A stretch of DNA of 64,000 bases from Amphiscolops sp. MND2022 (Eukaryota), in assembly GCA_964187785.1 (NCBI GenBank), contig OZ076409.1, positions 76,324,001 to 76,388,000 on the forward strand, read 5' to 3'. This document shows positions 34,914 to 49,351 of the stretch, one piece after another (position 1 is the first letter of the stretch; every line of letters starts with the position of its first letter). The position numbers and the translations under genes were made by a program. A model generated the notes under the pieces. It was given only the letters and a program-made list of their open reading frames with translations, made no database searches and was not told where the DNA came from.

Positions 34914-36885
34914 GTGCGGGGGGGTAACCCCAACAAATATATTGGAGGATTCGGGTAGGGTCCTGAATCCGATTTTAACTCTAATAGCTATCGATAGGAA
35001 ATCTTGCAAAAATTTCGGGATCTCGTGATCTAACCATAGGATTTTAAAGTTGGAGCGGCCCCCACCAGATTTTCCAAAGTTATTCGCCCCCCACCGGGTT
35101 CCAGCGTGATTGAAATATTCTGACGGGGTACACGGGCGACCGTTAGGGGGTCATTTTAGGGGTAAAATTCATATTGGGCCACATAACTTTTTTTCTGTTG
35201 ATTTAAAACTTTGGAACCCTGCTAAAAGTTTCTTGACCGTGTTGCAGGGGCCCCGAAGGTCCAAACCAAATTTTTCTATCTTGAAGCTATCTCCAAGTAC
35301 CCCCCCGCTCAAACCGTTATTTTTCCGGAAACGCAGGTTTTTGACCCGGAAGGAGTCGTCTGAGCGCGGGGTCGTTAGGTGATGTATTGGGGACGGCCTT
35401 GAGACGATGTGGGGGACAAGTAGTTTGCCAACCTCAATTTACCCCCCGGACGGGAAATGACCGTTATATGAGCGTGAAAAATGCCCCCCTCCACGTTTTA
35501 CCGCTATTTCCGGTGTGAAGGAGTGGGAGTAGCGCGTCGGGTGTTATATAACAAAAGTAGGTTTAGACAAGGACCTATCGGAAACATGTAGTTTGGGACC
35601 CCCTGGACCAACCCGTTAGCGGGAAATGGGGCTTCCGCCTCCTTTTTTTAGTGCTAAAACCGTAAAATGGGCATTGAGGGGTAAATATCTCGTGAACGCG
35701 TGGAGCAATCGTGTCCATCACTACTACAAGGTTTCATACCCATGATATGGTGCCTTCAGGGGGGCAAACAGATTTCCGCTATCTATCACCGTTACCGACT
35801 TGGCCCCCCAGCCTAACCGCTATGTGACCGGAAATGTCACTTTTTGAGCCCAAAGGGTCGGTCCCAGCCGGGGAACGTTAGGTAACTTATTGTAGTACTC
35901 AATGAGACGAGTTGGGGGATATAGTTTCAGTCACCCCCCGTTACCCCTTGGGACCGGAAATGACCGTTATGTGGGTAAAATTGCAATTTTTATACTTTTT
36001 CAAGTGTATTTAGGTGCGGAAGGAGTGGTAATAGGTGCTTGGACACTATATGAGGTAAGGGAGGACGTGAGGCGAGCATTCGGAAATAACCGTTATGTTG
36101 ACCCTAAAGTCCCCCTGGTACCGTAAACGACCGGAAATGGTCAAATTTTGTGTCTATTGGGTACAAATGTTTTGTATTTTGTAGATAAAAGTATCTATTA
36201 GGTGTTTCGACGGTCTACAGTAGTGAACATAGTCATGAAACCTTGTGGGGGGTAACGGTATGTAGCACCGGAAGTCAAACCGTTGGAGACAGGATCGGTT
36301 TTTTGGTTTTAAAATGTCTTTCGGCGTACTTTTGTCGACTATTAAGGACTACTTTTAAAAATTAAAGTATTTCCATATAGTTTTAGAGACTCCGAAACCT
36401 CAACCAACATAACCGTTATCTCATGATAGCCTTTCAAGTTGGCTTGGTGTCAACTTGGAAGGGCTATCCTTCAAAAATCGTCAATCAAGTATGTTTTTGG
36501 GTATGTTTGTATCATTTTAGAATCAAATAGAGCTTCAAGAAAAGTTTGCCAACGACAAAAACTATGTCGTGATGATTCCGTTATTAGAATAATAGTTAGC
36601 AAAATGTTGAGAAAATTGATTTTTTCCATATAAAATGTGTCCTAATTGCCAGGAAACCTATTTAACTAACAAATGGTATTGATTGGAATGTATGTAACAG
36701 AGTTATAAAAGTTCAAATTGATTATTACGTTTCATTATGGAAGCTGAAACGTAATATTTCAGTTTAATTAACGTCAACGCCACACACTTTACATCAACGC
36801 CCACCGTCTGTGGGCATGCCGAGGCATGCCCTTCGACGACGTATGACAAATCCATATCAAACGACGCCCGTACATGCCGGGCTAG
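34914..36885 (+). mobile_element. Non-autonomous unit, long class (1972 bp)
   Basis: Same architecture. Confidence 0.8.
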
Positions 36886-38171
36886 GTGGCCGGAAATTTT
36901 TTTTTCAGCAAAATCTTTGCCATTGGGGGAGGGGCCCCGGATGGCCAGTAGTACGGGATAGCTTCCTACCAAATCCAGATGGAAAAAACGTGATTTTGGA
37001 AACTAGCCGTCAGAATTTGCTCAAATTTTGCATACGGCTTCCTATAACAATCCTAAGAACTAATCCCTACTGGCATTTTGCCCGAAAAACGCAAAAAGTT
37101 GGTCAAAATCTTAGTTTTTTGGTCAAAAAATGGCGTTTTTTCGAAAAAAATTTTTTTCAGAGACAATTACTCGTAACTGGTTCACCCAGCGCAAAAACGC
37201 CTAGCTGATTTATTGTTGGGCACTTCATGAGGAGTGCGTATACAAATTTTTGTCCAAATCGGATAAAAGTTGATTGAGAAATAACTGAAATTTTGAGGCA
37301 TTTTTTTGGAAATTTTTGTAATCCCAGTCTATCTCTGCCGTTTTTTGCCCAGGTTTTTTTCCAGACACTCTCCTAAAGACCTCCCCTGGCCGGTTTACCT
37401 CCCAGCAAAACCATTTGGCCCTAAATACGGAGTTTCAGCGTTCTAGCAATCCCGGGCGAAAAGATGTGGGACTTAGAAAAAATTCAAAATTTTTCAAAAA
37501 ATTTTTTTTGCGTTTTCCGGCCCCCCAATGAAGGGGAACGACCCCCCAACTAGGATTTTTGGTGAATCCATGTGAAAAGGCCTTGTTTAGTGGAGCAAAT
37601 TGCCGTTTAGAGCGACTTTTTATCTTAACTTGACGTTGACCTCTGTCGTTTTGAATTTGATATTAGTATGTGTTAAGCATGTGAAAAGTTGATGATTTCA
37701 ATTGTTCTCTCGTGTTCAAGCCATTGAGATACAAGCGGTAGTGATCAAAATGTGATTTATCGCAATTTGGTGGTGTTTTTGGTGTACTTTGATTCTTTTG
37801 AATAAAAAGTTGTTCTTTATATATTTGGTGTATTGATTCAAATGAACAAGAAACAGTTGAGTACATTTCATCTCCCCCCTTGTGGGGGAGATGAGTATGT
37901 ACCCGCTAAATGACACGCACAATGGCCCAATTTTACTTTTATGCGACGTTTACTAGGCTTTTGCGCAAGCCCACTAATACTTAGACTGGTTTCCTTTTCT
38001 TTTACTCCAAAATTTTCCGTACTAACCACCTTACGCACCACCAGCTCATCGTAACATCTGTAACGCCAACGCCACATACTCTCACTAACGCCCACCGTCT
38101 GTGGGCATGCCGAGGCATGCCCTTCGACGACGTATGCCAAATAGCGCCACAGGGCGCCCAATTTTGTCTAG
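36886..38171 (+). mobile_element. Non-autonomous unit, short class (1286 bp)
   Basis: Closely similar to 55960-57245. Confidence 0.8.
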
Positions 38172-39457
38172 GTGCCGGGATTTCTATTCGATAAAGTATG
38201 TGGCGCGTGTGGGTAGGGTCCCTGGCGCGCTCTTGGGTATGGTGTTCACCAGCTAGGAAATAGGGGTCGATTTTTCGGGATCTCCTAAACTAGCCACACG
38301 ATTTGGCTGAAATTTGGCACACGTACTCCCCTCGACATGGTGAAGATGATTCCCTACTAGCGTTTTGCTCGCAAAATTTTTTTTGTTGTCCAAAATAACG
38401 GTTTTTGGGGGAAAATTTTGAACTTTTTTTAAATTTCATCTTATATCTCGCCACAGGTTCACGGTAGCGCTTCAAAACCCTGCTAAAGAAAGCTTGCAAA
38501 CTGTCTCAGGAATGCGGTGTGAAATTTTCAGCTCAATCGGACTTAAACTCAGGGAGATATAGCGTTTTTCCGGAGCGGGGGGGTTTCATTTTTCTAACGG
38601 TCCAGCTTATCTTAGCCATTTTTTCGAAAATGTACTCGCCTAAAGACCTCCCCTGGCCGGTTTTATTCCCAGCAAAACCATTTGGCCCTAAATACGGAGT
38701 TTCAGCGTTCCAGCATTCCCGGGCGAAAAGTAGTGGGACTTAGAAAATTTCAAAAATTTTCAAAATTTTTTTTTCCGTTTTCCGCCCTCCCCCCCTGGGG
38801 GAAAAGACCCCCCAACCAGTAATTTGAGTGAATGCATGTGGAAAGCCCTTGTTTAGAGGAGAAAAATGCCGTTTAGAATGTCTTTTTATCTTTGCTCAAC
38901 GTTGACTTATGACGTTTTGAAGGTGATGTTTGGAGGTGTGAAGCACGTGAAAAGTAAACGTTATGAGTATTTATCTGATCTGAAAGCCATTGAGATGCAA
39001 CCTGTTTTGCTCAAAACGTAATTCATATCAGTTTGGTAGTCAATCAACACCCTTGGTTGTCGTTTGACATACTTTTTTGTTGTTATAATAAAAAATTTTG
39101 TGTATTTATTCATTTTTTTCTCATCAAATAACTTTAAACAGTTGAGTACATTCCATCCCCCCCTTCCGGGGGAGATGAGAATGTACTCGCAAAAAGCACC
39201 GAACTACGGCCCTTACCTTCCCGAGCTACGCAGTATAAGGATTGCATATTGGTTCCGACATTTTGATAGAGTTATATCTTGGTAATCTGTCTGGGTATGC
39301 AGAAAAACCAGCACGTGCTTTTTTATACCAAGTTGCTCACAACGACATTTATTTTATATCAACGCCCCCATATTTATCAACGCCCCCCGTCCGTGGGCAT
39401 GCCGAGGCATGCCCTTCGACGACGTATACCAAGATATGTTCGAGCGCGTTAGCCTAG
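38172..39457 (+). mobile_element. Non-autonomous unit, short class (1286 bp)
   Basis: Near-identical to 24310-25594. Confidence 0.8.
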
Positions 39458-41443
39458 GTGCGGGGGGGAAACCCCATCCCTTATCTTGGAGGATTCGGGT
39501 AGGGTCCTGAATCCGAGTTCAGTGCCGCCAGCTCTCAGTAGAAATCTGGGCATTTTTTTGCGATCTCGTGATCTAACCATAGGATTTTAAAGTTGGAGCG
39601 GCCCCCACCAGATTTTCCAAAGTTATTCGCCCCCCACCGGGTTCCAGCGTGATTGAAATATTCTGACGGGGTACACGGGCGACCGTTAGGGGTCATTTTG
39701 GGGGTAAAATTTATATCCGGTCGCATAACTTTTTTCCTGTTGGTTTAAAACTTTGGGACCCTGCTAAAAGTTTCTTGACCTTGTTGCAGTGGCTCCGGAG
39801 GTCCAAACCAAATTTTTCTATCTTGAAGCTATCTCCAAGTACCCCCCCGCCCAAACCGTTATTTTTCCGGAAACGCAGGTTTTTGACCCGGAAGGAGTCG
39901 TCTGAGCGCGGGGTCGTTAGGTGATGTATTGGGGACGGCCTTGAGACGAAGCGGGGGATATGTAGTTTGCCGACCCCAGTTTACCCCCCGGACGGGAAAT
40001 GACCGTTATTTGAGCGGGAAAAATGACCCCCTCCACGTTTTACCGCTATTTCCGGTGTGAAGGAGTGGGAGTAGCGCGTCGGGTGCCATATATCAAAAGT
40101 AGGTTTAGACAAGGACCAACTGGAAACATGTGGTTTGGGACCCCCTGACCCAACCCGTTAGCCGTTGTAAGGGTGATCGCCTCCATTTTTTGCTGTCAAA
40201 ACCGGAAAACGGGCATTGAGGGGTAAATATCTCGTGAACGCGTGGAGCAATCGTGTCCATCACTACTACAAGGTTTCATACCCATGATATGGTGCCTTCA
40301 GGGGGGCAAACAGTTTACCGCTATCTATCACCGTTACCGACTTGGCCCCCCAGCCTAACCGCTATGTGACCGGAAATGTCACTTTTTGAGCCCAAAGGGT
40401 CGGTCCTAGCCGGGCAATGTTAGGTAACTTATTTTAGTACTCAATGAGACGAGTTGGGGGATATAGTTTCAGTCACCCCCCGTTACCCCTTGGGACCGGA
40501 AATGACCGTTATGTGGGTAAAATTGCAATTTTTGTACTTTTTGAAGGGCATTTAGGTGCGGAAGGAGTGGTAATAGGTGCTTGGACACTATATGATGTAA
40601 GGCAGTTCGTGAGGCGAGCATTCGAAATTAACCGTTATGTTGCCCTAAACTCCCCCTGGCACCGTAAATGACCGGAAATGGTCTAATTTTGTATTTTTAG
40701 GGTACAAATGTTTGGTATTTTATGGAATAAAGTACATGGAAGGTGTTTCAAAGGCATCCAGAAATGAACATAGTCATGAAACCTTGAGGGGGGTAACGGT
40801 ATATAACACCGGAAGTCCAAGCCGTTGGACACAGTATAGGTTTTTTGGTTTTAAAATGCTTTTGAACGTACATTTGTGGGTTGAATTGTTCTAATATTGA
40901 CTTTTTTCGATATTTTTTGACATTAAAGGTTTTTCCAATAGTTTCAGGGACCTCCAAAGCTTCAATCAACATAACCTTTACATTGTGATAGCCTTTCAAG
41001 TTGGCCTGGTGTCAACTTGGAAGGGCTATCCTTCACAAATCGTATATCAAGTGTGTTTTTGAGTAGGTTTTTATCACTTTAGTATCAATTAGAGCTTAAT
41101 CATTAGTTTGCCAACGACAAAAACCATGTCGTGATGATTCCGTTAGTAGAAGAATAGTTAACAACTTGTTGACAAAGTTGATTTTTTGCATTTAAAATGT
41201 TTCCTAAATGCCAGGAAAACGATTTACGTTATAAATGGTACTGATTGACCCAAATAACAGTTAAATAAAGTTAAACATTTTTTCGTTTCATTATAGAAGC
41301 TGAAACCTCACGTTTTAACTTAATTAACGTCAACGCCACATACTTTACATCAACGCCCACCGTCTGTGGGCATGCCGAGGCATGCCCTTCGACGACGTAT
41401 ACCAAAATCCAATATATCTACACCCACCCGCGGTAGCAGCTAG
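39458..41443 (+). mobile_element. Non-autonomous unit, long class (1986 bp)
   Basis: Same architecture. Confidence 0.8.
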
Positions 41444-43416
41444 GTGCGGGGGGGTAACCCCTACAAAGATATTGGAGGATTCGGGTAGGGTCCTGAATCC
41501 GATTTTAACTCTAATAGCTATCGATAGGAAATCTTGCAAAAATTTCGGGATCTCGTGATCTAACCATAGGATTTTAAAGTTGGAGCGGCCCCCACCAGAT
41601 TTTCCAAAGTTATTCGCCCCCCACCGGGTTCCAGCGTGATTGAAATATTTTGACGGGGTACACGGGCGACCGTTAGGGGTCATTTTGGGGGTAAAATTTA
41701 TATCCGGTCGCATAACTTTTTTCCTGTTGGTTTAAAACTTTGGGACCCTGCTAAAAGTTTCTTGACCGTGTTGCAGTGGCTCCGGAGGTCCAAACCAAAT
41801 TTTTCTATCTTGAAGCTATCTCCAAGTACCCCCCCGCCCAAACCGTTATTTTTCCGGAAACGCAGGTTTTTGACCCGGAAGGAGTCGTCTGAGCGCGGGG
41901 TCGTTAGGTGATGTATTGGGGACGGCCTTGAGACGAAGCGGGGGACATGTAGTTTGCCGACCCCTGTTTACCCCCCGGACGGGAAATGACCGTTATTTGA
42001 GCGGGAAAAATGCCCCCCTCCACGTTTTACCGCTATTTCCGGTGTGAAGGAGTAGGCGTAGCGCGTCGGGTGTTATATAACAAAAGTAGGTTTAGACAAG
42101 GACCTATCGGAAACATGTAGTTTGGGACCCCCTGGACCAACCCGTTAGCGGGAAATGGGGCTTCCGCCTCCTTTTTTTACTGCTAAAACCGTAAAATGGG
42201 CATTGAGGTGTAAATATCTCGTGAACGCGTGGAGCTACGGTGTCCATCACTACTACAAGGTTTCATACCCATGATATGGTGCCTTCAGGGGGGCAAACAG
42301 ATTTCCGCTATCTATCACCGTTACCGACTTGGCCCCCAGCCTAACCGCTATGTGACCGGAAATGTCAATTTTTGAGCCCAAAGGGTCGGTCCCAGCCGGG
42401 GAACGTTAGGTAACTTATTGTAGTACTCAATGAGACGAGTTGGGGGATATAGTTTCAGTCACCCCCCGTTACCCCTTGAGACCGGAAATGACCGTTATGT
42501 GGGTAAAATTGCAATTTTTATACTTTTTCAAGTGTATTTAGGTGCGGAAGGCGTGGTAATAGGTGCTTGGACACTATATGAGGTAAGGGAGGACGTGAGG
42601 CGAGCTTTCGGAATTAACCGTTATGCTGACCCTAAAGTCCCCCTGGTACCGGAAGTGACCCGTAATGGTCAAATTTTGTGTTTAAAGGGTACAAATGTTT
42701 GGTGTTTTATGGATAACAGTGCCTATTAGGTGTTTCGACGGTCTGCAGTCGTGAACATAGTCATGAAACCTTAAGGGGGGTAACGGTTTATAGCACCGGA
42801 AGTCCAAACCGTTGGAGACAGGATAAGTTTTTTGGTTTTAAAATGTCTTTCGGCCTACTTTTGTCGACTATTATGGACTATTTTTGGAAAATAAAGTTTT
42901 TCCAAATAGTTTCAGAGACTCCGAAACCTCAACCAACATAACCGTTACCTTATGATAGCCTTTCAAGTTGGCCTGGTGTCAACTTGGAAGGGCTATCCTT
43001 CAAAAATCATTAATCAAGTGTGTTTTTGAGTATGTTTGTATTACTTTAGAATCAATTAGAGCTTCAAGAAAAGTTAGCCAACGATAAAACTATGTCGTGA
43101 TGATTCCGTTATTAGAATAATAGTTAACAAAATATTAATAAAGTTGATTTTTTACACTTTAAATGTGTTCTAAATGCCAGAAAACTTCTTTACCAAACAA
43201 ATGGAATTGATTGAATTGTATATAACAGCTAATAAAACTTCAAATTGAATATTAGGCTTCATTATGGAAGCTGAAATGTCATATTATAGTTTCATTAACG
43301 TCAACGCCACATACTTTACATCAACGCCCACCGTCTGTGGGCATGCCGAGGCATGCCCTTCGACGACGTATACCAAATTCCTCCAACACAACACCCCCGA
43401 GCGCGTTAGCAGCTAG
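41444..43416 (+). mobile_element. Non-autonomous unit, long class (1973 bp)
   Basis: Same architecture. Confidence 0.8.
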
Positions 43417-45409
43417 GTGCGGGGGGGAAACCCCATCCCTTATCTTGGAGGATTCGGGTAGGGTCCTGAATCCGAGTTCAGTGCCGCCAGCTCTCAGTAG
43501 AAATCTGGGCATTTTTTTGCGATCTCGTGATCTAACCATAGGATTTTAAAGTTGGAGCGGCCCCCACCAGATTTTCCAAAGTTATTCGCCCCCCACCGGG
43601 TTCCAGCGTGATTGAAATATTTTGACGGGGTACACGGGCGACCGTTAGGGGTCATTTTGGGGGTAAAATTTATATCCGGTCGCATAACTTTTTTCCTGTT
43701 GGATTAAAACTTTGGGACCCTGCTAAAAGTTTCTTGACCGTGTTGCGGGGGCTCCGGAGGTCCAAACCAAATTTTTCTATCTTGAAGCTATCTCCAAGTA
43801 CCCCCCCGCCCAAACCGTTATTTTTCCGGAAACGCAGGTTTTTGACCCGGAAGGAGTCGTCTGAGCGCGGGGTCGTTAGGTGATGTATTGGGGACGGCCT
43901 TGAGACGAAGCGGGGGATATATAGTTTGCCGACCCCAGTTTACCCCCCGGACGGGAAATGACCGTTATATGAGCGGGAAAAATGCCCCCCTCCACGTTTT
44001 ACCGCTATTTCCGGTGTGAAGGAGTGGGAGTAGCGCTTCGGGTGCCATATATCAAAAATAAGTTTAGACAAGGACCTATCGGAAACATGTAGTTTGGGAC
44101 CCCCTGGACCAACCCGTTAGCGGGAAATGGGGCTTCCGCCTCCTTTTTTTACTGCTAAAACCGTAAAATGGGCATTGAGGGGTAAATATCTCGTGAACGC
44201 GTGGAGCAATCGTGTCCATCACTACTACAAGGTTTCATACCCATGATATGGTGCCTTCAGGGGGGCAAACAGATTTCCGCTATCTATCACCGTTACCGAC
44301 TTGGCCCCCCAGCCTAACCGCTATGTGACCGGAAATGTCACTTTTTGAGCCCAAAGGGTCGGTCCCAGCCGGGGAACGTTAGGTAACTTATTGTAGTACT
44401 CAATGAGACGAGTTGGGGGATATAGTTTCAGTCAACCCCCGTTACCCCTTGGGACCGGAAATGACCGTTATGTGGGTAAATTTGCAATTTTTATACTCTT
44501 TGAAGTGTATTTAGGTGCGGAAGGAGTGGTAATAGGTGCTTGGACACTATATTATGTAATGGAGGTCGTGAGGAGAGCATTCGGAAATAACCGTTATGTT
44601 GACCCCAAAGTCCCCCTGGTACCGTTAACGACCGGAAATGGCCAAATTTTGTGTCTATTGGGTACAAATGTTTGGTATTTTATGGATAAAAGTTCCTGGA
44701 AGGTGTTTTAAAGGCCTCCAGAAGTGAACATAGTCATGAAACCTTGTGGGGGGTAACGGTATATAGCACCGGAAGTCCAAACCGTTGGTCACAGAATAGG
44801 TTTTTTGGTTTCAAAATGTCTTTAGGCATAGTTTTGTGGGTTGAATCGTCATAATATCAAATAATACGGACTTTTTTCGGAAATAAAATTTTTTCACATT
44901 AGTTTCAGGGACCTCCAATGCTTCAGTCAACATAACCGTTACATTTTGATAGCCTTTCAAGTTGACCTGGTGTCAACTTGGAAGGGCTATCCTTCTAAAA
45001 TCGTTAATCAAGAGTGTTTTTGGGTAGGTATATGTTGCATTAGTACCAATTAGAGCTTCATCAACAGTTTGCCAACGGCAAAAACGATGTCGTGATAATT
45101 CCGTTATAAAAATATTAGTTAACAAATTGTTTTCAAAGTTGATTTTTTCCATTAAAAATGTGTCCTAATGCCACCAAATTGAATAAAATAATAAATGGTA
45201 TTGACTAAAACTAGATAACAATGAAAAAGAAGATCAACATTTTTATTAGGTCTCATTATGGAAGCTGAAACCTCACGTTTTAGTTTAATTAACGTCAACG
45301 CCACATACTTTACATCAACGCCCACCGTCTGTGGGCATGCCGAGGCATGCCCTTCGACGACGTATACCAAACAACCTCCATATCTACTCCCGATTGCGGT
45401 AGCAGCTAG
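43417..45409 (+). mobile_element. Non-autonomous unit, long class (1993 bp)
   Basis: Same architecture. Confidence 0.8.
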
Positions 45410-47380
45410 GTGCGGGGGGGTAACCCCAACAAATATATTGGAGGATTCGGGTAGGGTCCTGAATCCGATTTTAACTCTAATAGCTATCGATAGGAAATCT
45501 TGCAAAAATTTCGGGATCTCGTGATCTAACCATAGGATTTTAAAGTTGGAGCGGCCCCCACCAGATTTTCCGAAAATTAGCGCCCCCCACCGGGTTCCAG
45601 CGTGATTGAAATATTCTGACGGGGTACACGGGCGACCGTTAGGGGTCATTTTGGGGGTAAAATTTATATCCGGTCGCATAACTTTTTTTCTGTTGATTTA
45701 AAACTTTGGAACCCTGCTAAAAGTTTCTTGACCGTGTTGCAGGGGCCCCGAAGGTCCAAACCAAATTTTTCTATCTTGAAGCTATCTCCAAGTACCCCCC
45801 CGCTCAAACCGTTATTTTTCCGGAAACGCAGGTTTTTGACCCGGAAGGAGTCGTCTGAGCGCGGGGTCGTTAGGTGATGTATTGGGGACGGCCTTGAGAC
45901 GAAGTGGGGGACAAGTAGTTTGCCAACCTCAATTTACTCCCCGGACGGGAAATGACCGTTATATGAGCGTGAAAAATGCCCCCCTCCACGTTTTACCGCT
46001 ATTTCCGGTGTGAAGGAGTGGGAGTAGCGCGTCGGGTGTTATATAACAAAAGTAGGTTTAGACAAGGACCTATCGGAAACATGTAGTTTGGGACCCCCTG
46101 GACCAACCCGTTAGCGGGAAATAGGGCTTCCGCCTCCTTTTTTTAGTGCTAAAACCGTAAAATGGGCATTGAGGGGTAAATATCTCGTGAACGCGTGGAG
46201 CAATCGTGTCCATCACTACTACAAGGTTTCATACCCATGATATGGTGCCTTCAGGGGGGCAAACAGATTTCCGCTATCTATCACCGTTACCGACTTGGCC
46301 CCCCAGCCTAACCGCTATGTGACCGGAAATGTCACTTTTTGAGCCCAAAGGGTCGGTCCCAGCCGGGGAACGTCAGGTAACTTATTGTAGTACTCAATGA
46401 GACGAGTTGGGGGATGTAGTTTCAGTCACCCCCCGTTACCCCTTGGGACCGGAAATGACCGTTATGTGGGTAAAATTGCAATTTTTATACTTTTTCAAGT
46501 GTATTTAGATGCGGAAGGAGTGGTAATAGGTGCTTGGACACTATATGAGGTAAGGGAGGACGTGAGGCGAGCATTCGGAAATAACCGTTATGTTGACCCT
46601 AAAGTCCCCCTGGTACCGTAAACGACCGGAAATGGTCAAATTTTGTGTCTATTGGGTACAAATGTTTTGTATTTTGTAGATAAAAGTATCTATTAGGTGT
46701 TTCGACGGTCTACAGTAGTGAACATAGTCATGAAACCTTGTGGGGGGTAACGGTATATAGCACCGGAAGTCAAACCGTTGGAGACAGGATGAGTTTTTTG
46801 GTTTTAAAATGTCTTTCGGTGTTCCTTTGTCGACTATTAAGGACTATTTTTAAAAATTAAAGTTTTTCCATATAGTTTCAGAGACTCCGAAACCTCAACC
46901 AACATAACCGTTACATTTTGATAGCCTTTCAAGTTGGCCTGGTGTCAACTTGGAAGCGCTATCCTTCTGAAATCGTTAATCAAGAGTGTTTTTGGGTAGG
47001 TATATATTGCATTAGTACCAATTAGAGCTTCATCAACAGTGTATCAACGACAAAAACTATGCCGTCATGATTCCGTTATTAGAATCATAGTGAGCAAATT
47101 GTTGAAAAAAATGTTTTTTTCCATACAAAATGTGTCCTAAATGCCAGGAAACCTATTTACCTAACAAATGGTATTAATTGGAATGTTTGTAACAGATTTA
47201 TAAAAGTTCAAATTGAATATTACATTTCATTATGGAAGCTGAAACGTCATATTTTAGTTTAATTAACGTCAACGCCACACACTTTACATCAACGCCCACC
47301 GTCTGTGGGCATGCCGAGGCATGCCCTTCGACGACGTATGACAAATCCTTATCAAACGACGCCCGTACATCCCGGGCTAG
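45410..47380 (+). mobile_element. Non-autonomous unit, long class (1971 bp)
   Basis: Same architecture. Confidence 0.8.
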
Positions 47381-49351
47381 GTGCGGGGGGGTAACCCCAA
47401 CAAATATATTGGAGGATTCGGGTAGGGTCCTGAATCCGATTTTAACTCTAATAGCTATCGATAGGAAATCTTGCAAAAATTTCGGGATCTCGTGATCTAA
47501 CCATAGGATTTTAAAGTTGGAGCGGCCCCCACCAGATTTTCCGAAAATTAGCGCCCCCCACCGGGTTCCATACCCCGGGAAATTTTTTTCTGGCCACACG
47601 GGCGACCGTTAGGGGGTCATTTTAGGGGTAAAATTCATATTGGGCCACATAACTTTTTTTCTGTTGATTTAAAACTTTGGAACCCTGCTAAAAGTTTCTT
47701 GACCGTGTTGCAGGGGAACCGAAGGTCCAAACCAAATTTTTCTATCTTGAAGCTATCTCCAAGTACCCCCCCGCTCAAACCGTTATTTTTCCGGAAACGC
47801 AGGTTTTTGACCCGGAAGGAGTCGTCTGAGCGCGGGGTCGTTAGGTGATGTATTGGGGACGGCCTTGAGACGAAGTGGGGGACAAGTAGTTTGCCAACCT
47901 CAATTTACCCCCCGGACGGGAAATGACCGTTATATGAGCGTGAAAAATGCCCCCCTCCACGTTTTACCGCTATTTCCGGTGTGAAGGAGTGGGAGTAGCG
48001 CGTCGGGTGTTATATAACAAAAGTAGGTTTAGACAAGGACCTATCGGAAACATGTAGTTTGGGACCCCCTGGACCAACCCGTTAGCGGGAAATGGGGCTT
48101 CCGCCTCCTTTTTTTAGTGCTAAAACCGTAAAATGGGCATTGAGGGGTAAATATCTCGTGAACGCGTGGAGCAATCGTGTCCATCACTACTACAAGGTTT
48201 CATACCCATGATATGGTGCCTTCAGGGGGGCAAACAGATTTCCGCTATCTATCACCGTTACCGACTTGGCCCCCCAGCCTAACCGCTATGTGACCGGAAA
48301 TGTCACTTTTTGAGCCCAAAGGGTCGGTCCCAGCTGGGGAACGTTAGGTAACTTATTGTAGTACTCAATGAGACGAGTTGGGGGATATAGTTTCAGTCAC
48401 CCCCCGTTACCCCTTGGGACCGGAAATGACCGTTATGTGGGTAAAATTGCAATTTTTATACCTTTTCAAGTGTATTTAGGTGCGGAAGGAGTGGTAATAG
48501 GTGCTTGGACACTATATGAGGTAAGGGAGGACGTGAGGCGAGCATTCGGAAATAACCGTTATGTTGACCCTAAAGTCCCCCTGGTACCGTAAACGACCGG
48601 AAATGGTCAAATTTTGTGTCTATTGGGTACAAATGTTTTGTATTTTGTAGATAAAAGTATCTATTAGGTGTTTCGACGGTCTACAGTAGTGAACATAGTC
48701 ATGAAACCTTGTGGGGGGTAACGGTATATAGCACCGGAAGTCAAACCGTTGGAGACAGGATAGGTTTTTTGGTTTTAAAATGTCTTTCGGCGTAATTTTT
48801 TCGACTCTTGTGGACTATTTTTAAAAATTAAAGTTTTTCCATATAGTTTCAGAGACTCCGAAACCTCAACCAACATAACCGTTACCTTATGATAGCCTTT
48901 CAAGTTGGCCTGGTGTCAACTTGGAAGCGCTATCCTTCTGAAATCGTTAATCAAGAGTGTTTTTGGGTAGGTATATATTGCATTAGTACCAATTAGAGCT
49001 TCATCAACAGTGTATCAACGACAAAAACTATGCCGTCATGATTCCGTTATTAGAATCATAGTGAGCAAATTGTTGAAAAAAATGGTTTTTTCCATACAAA
49101 ATGTGTCCTAAATGCCAGGAAACCTATTTACCTAACAAATGGTATTAATTGGAATGTTTGTAACAGATTTATAAAAGTTCAAATTGAATATTACATTTCA
49201 TTATGGAAGCTGAAACGTCATATTTTAGTTTAATTAACGTCAACGCCACACACTTTACATCAACGCCCACCGTCTGTGGGCATGCCGAGGCATGCCCTTC
49301 GACGACGTATGACAAATCCATATCAAACGACGCCCGTACATCCCGGGCTAG
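47381..49351 (+). mobile_element. Non-autonomous unit, long class (1971 bp)
   Basis: Same architecture; very similar to the preceding unit beyond the left end. Confidence 0.8.
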
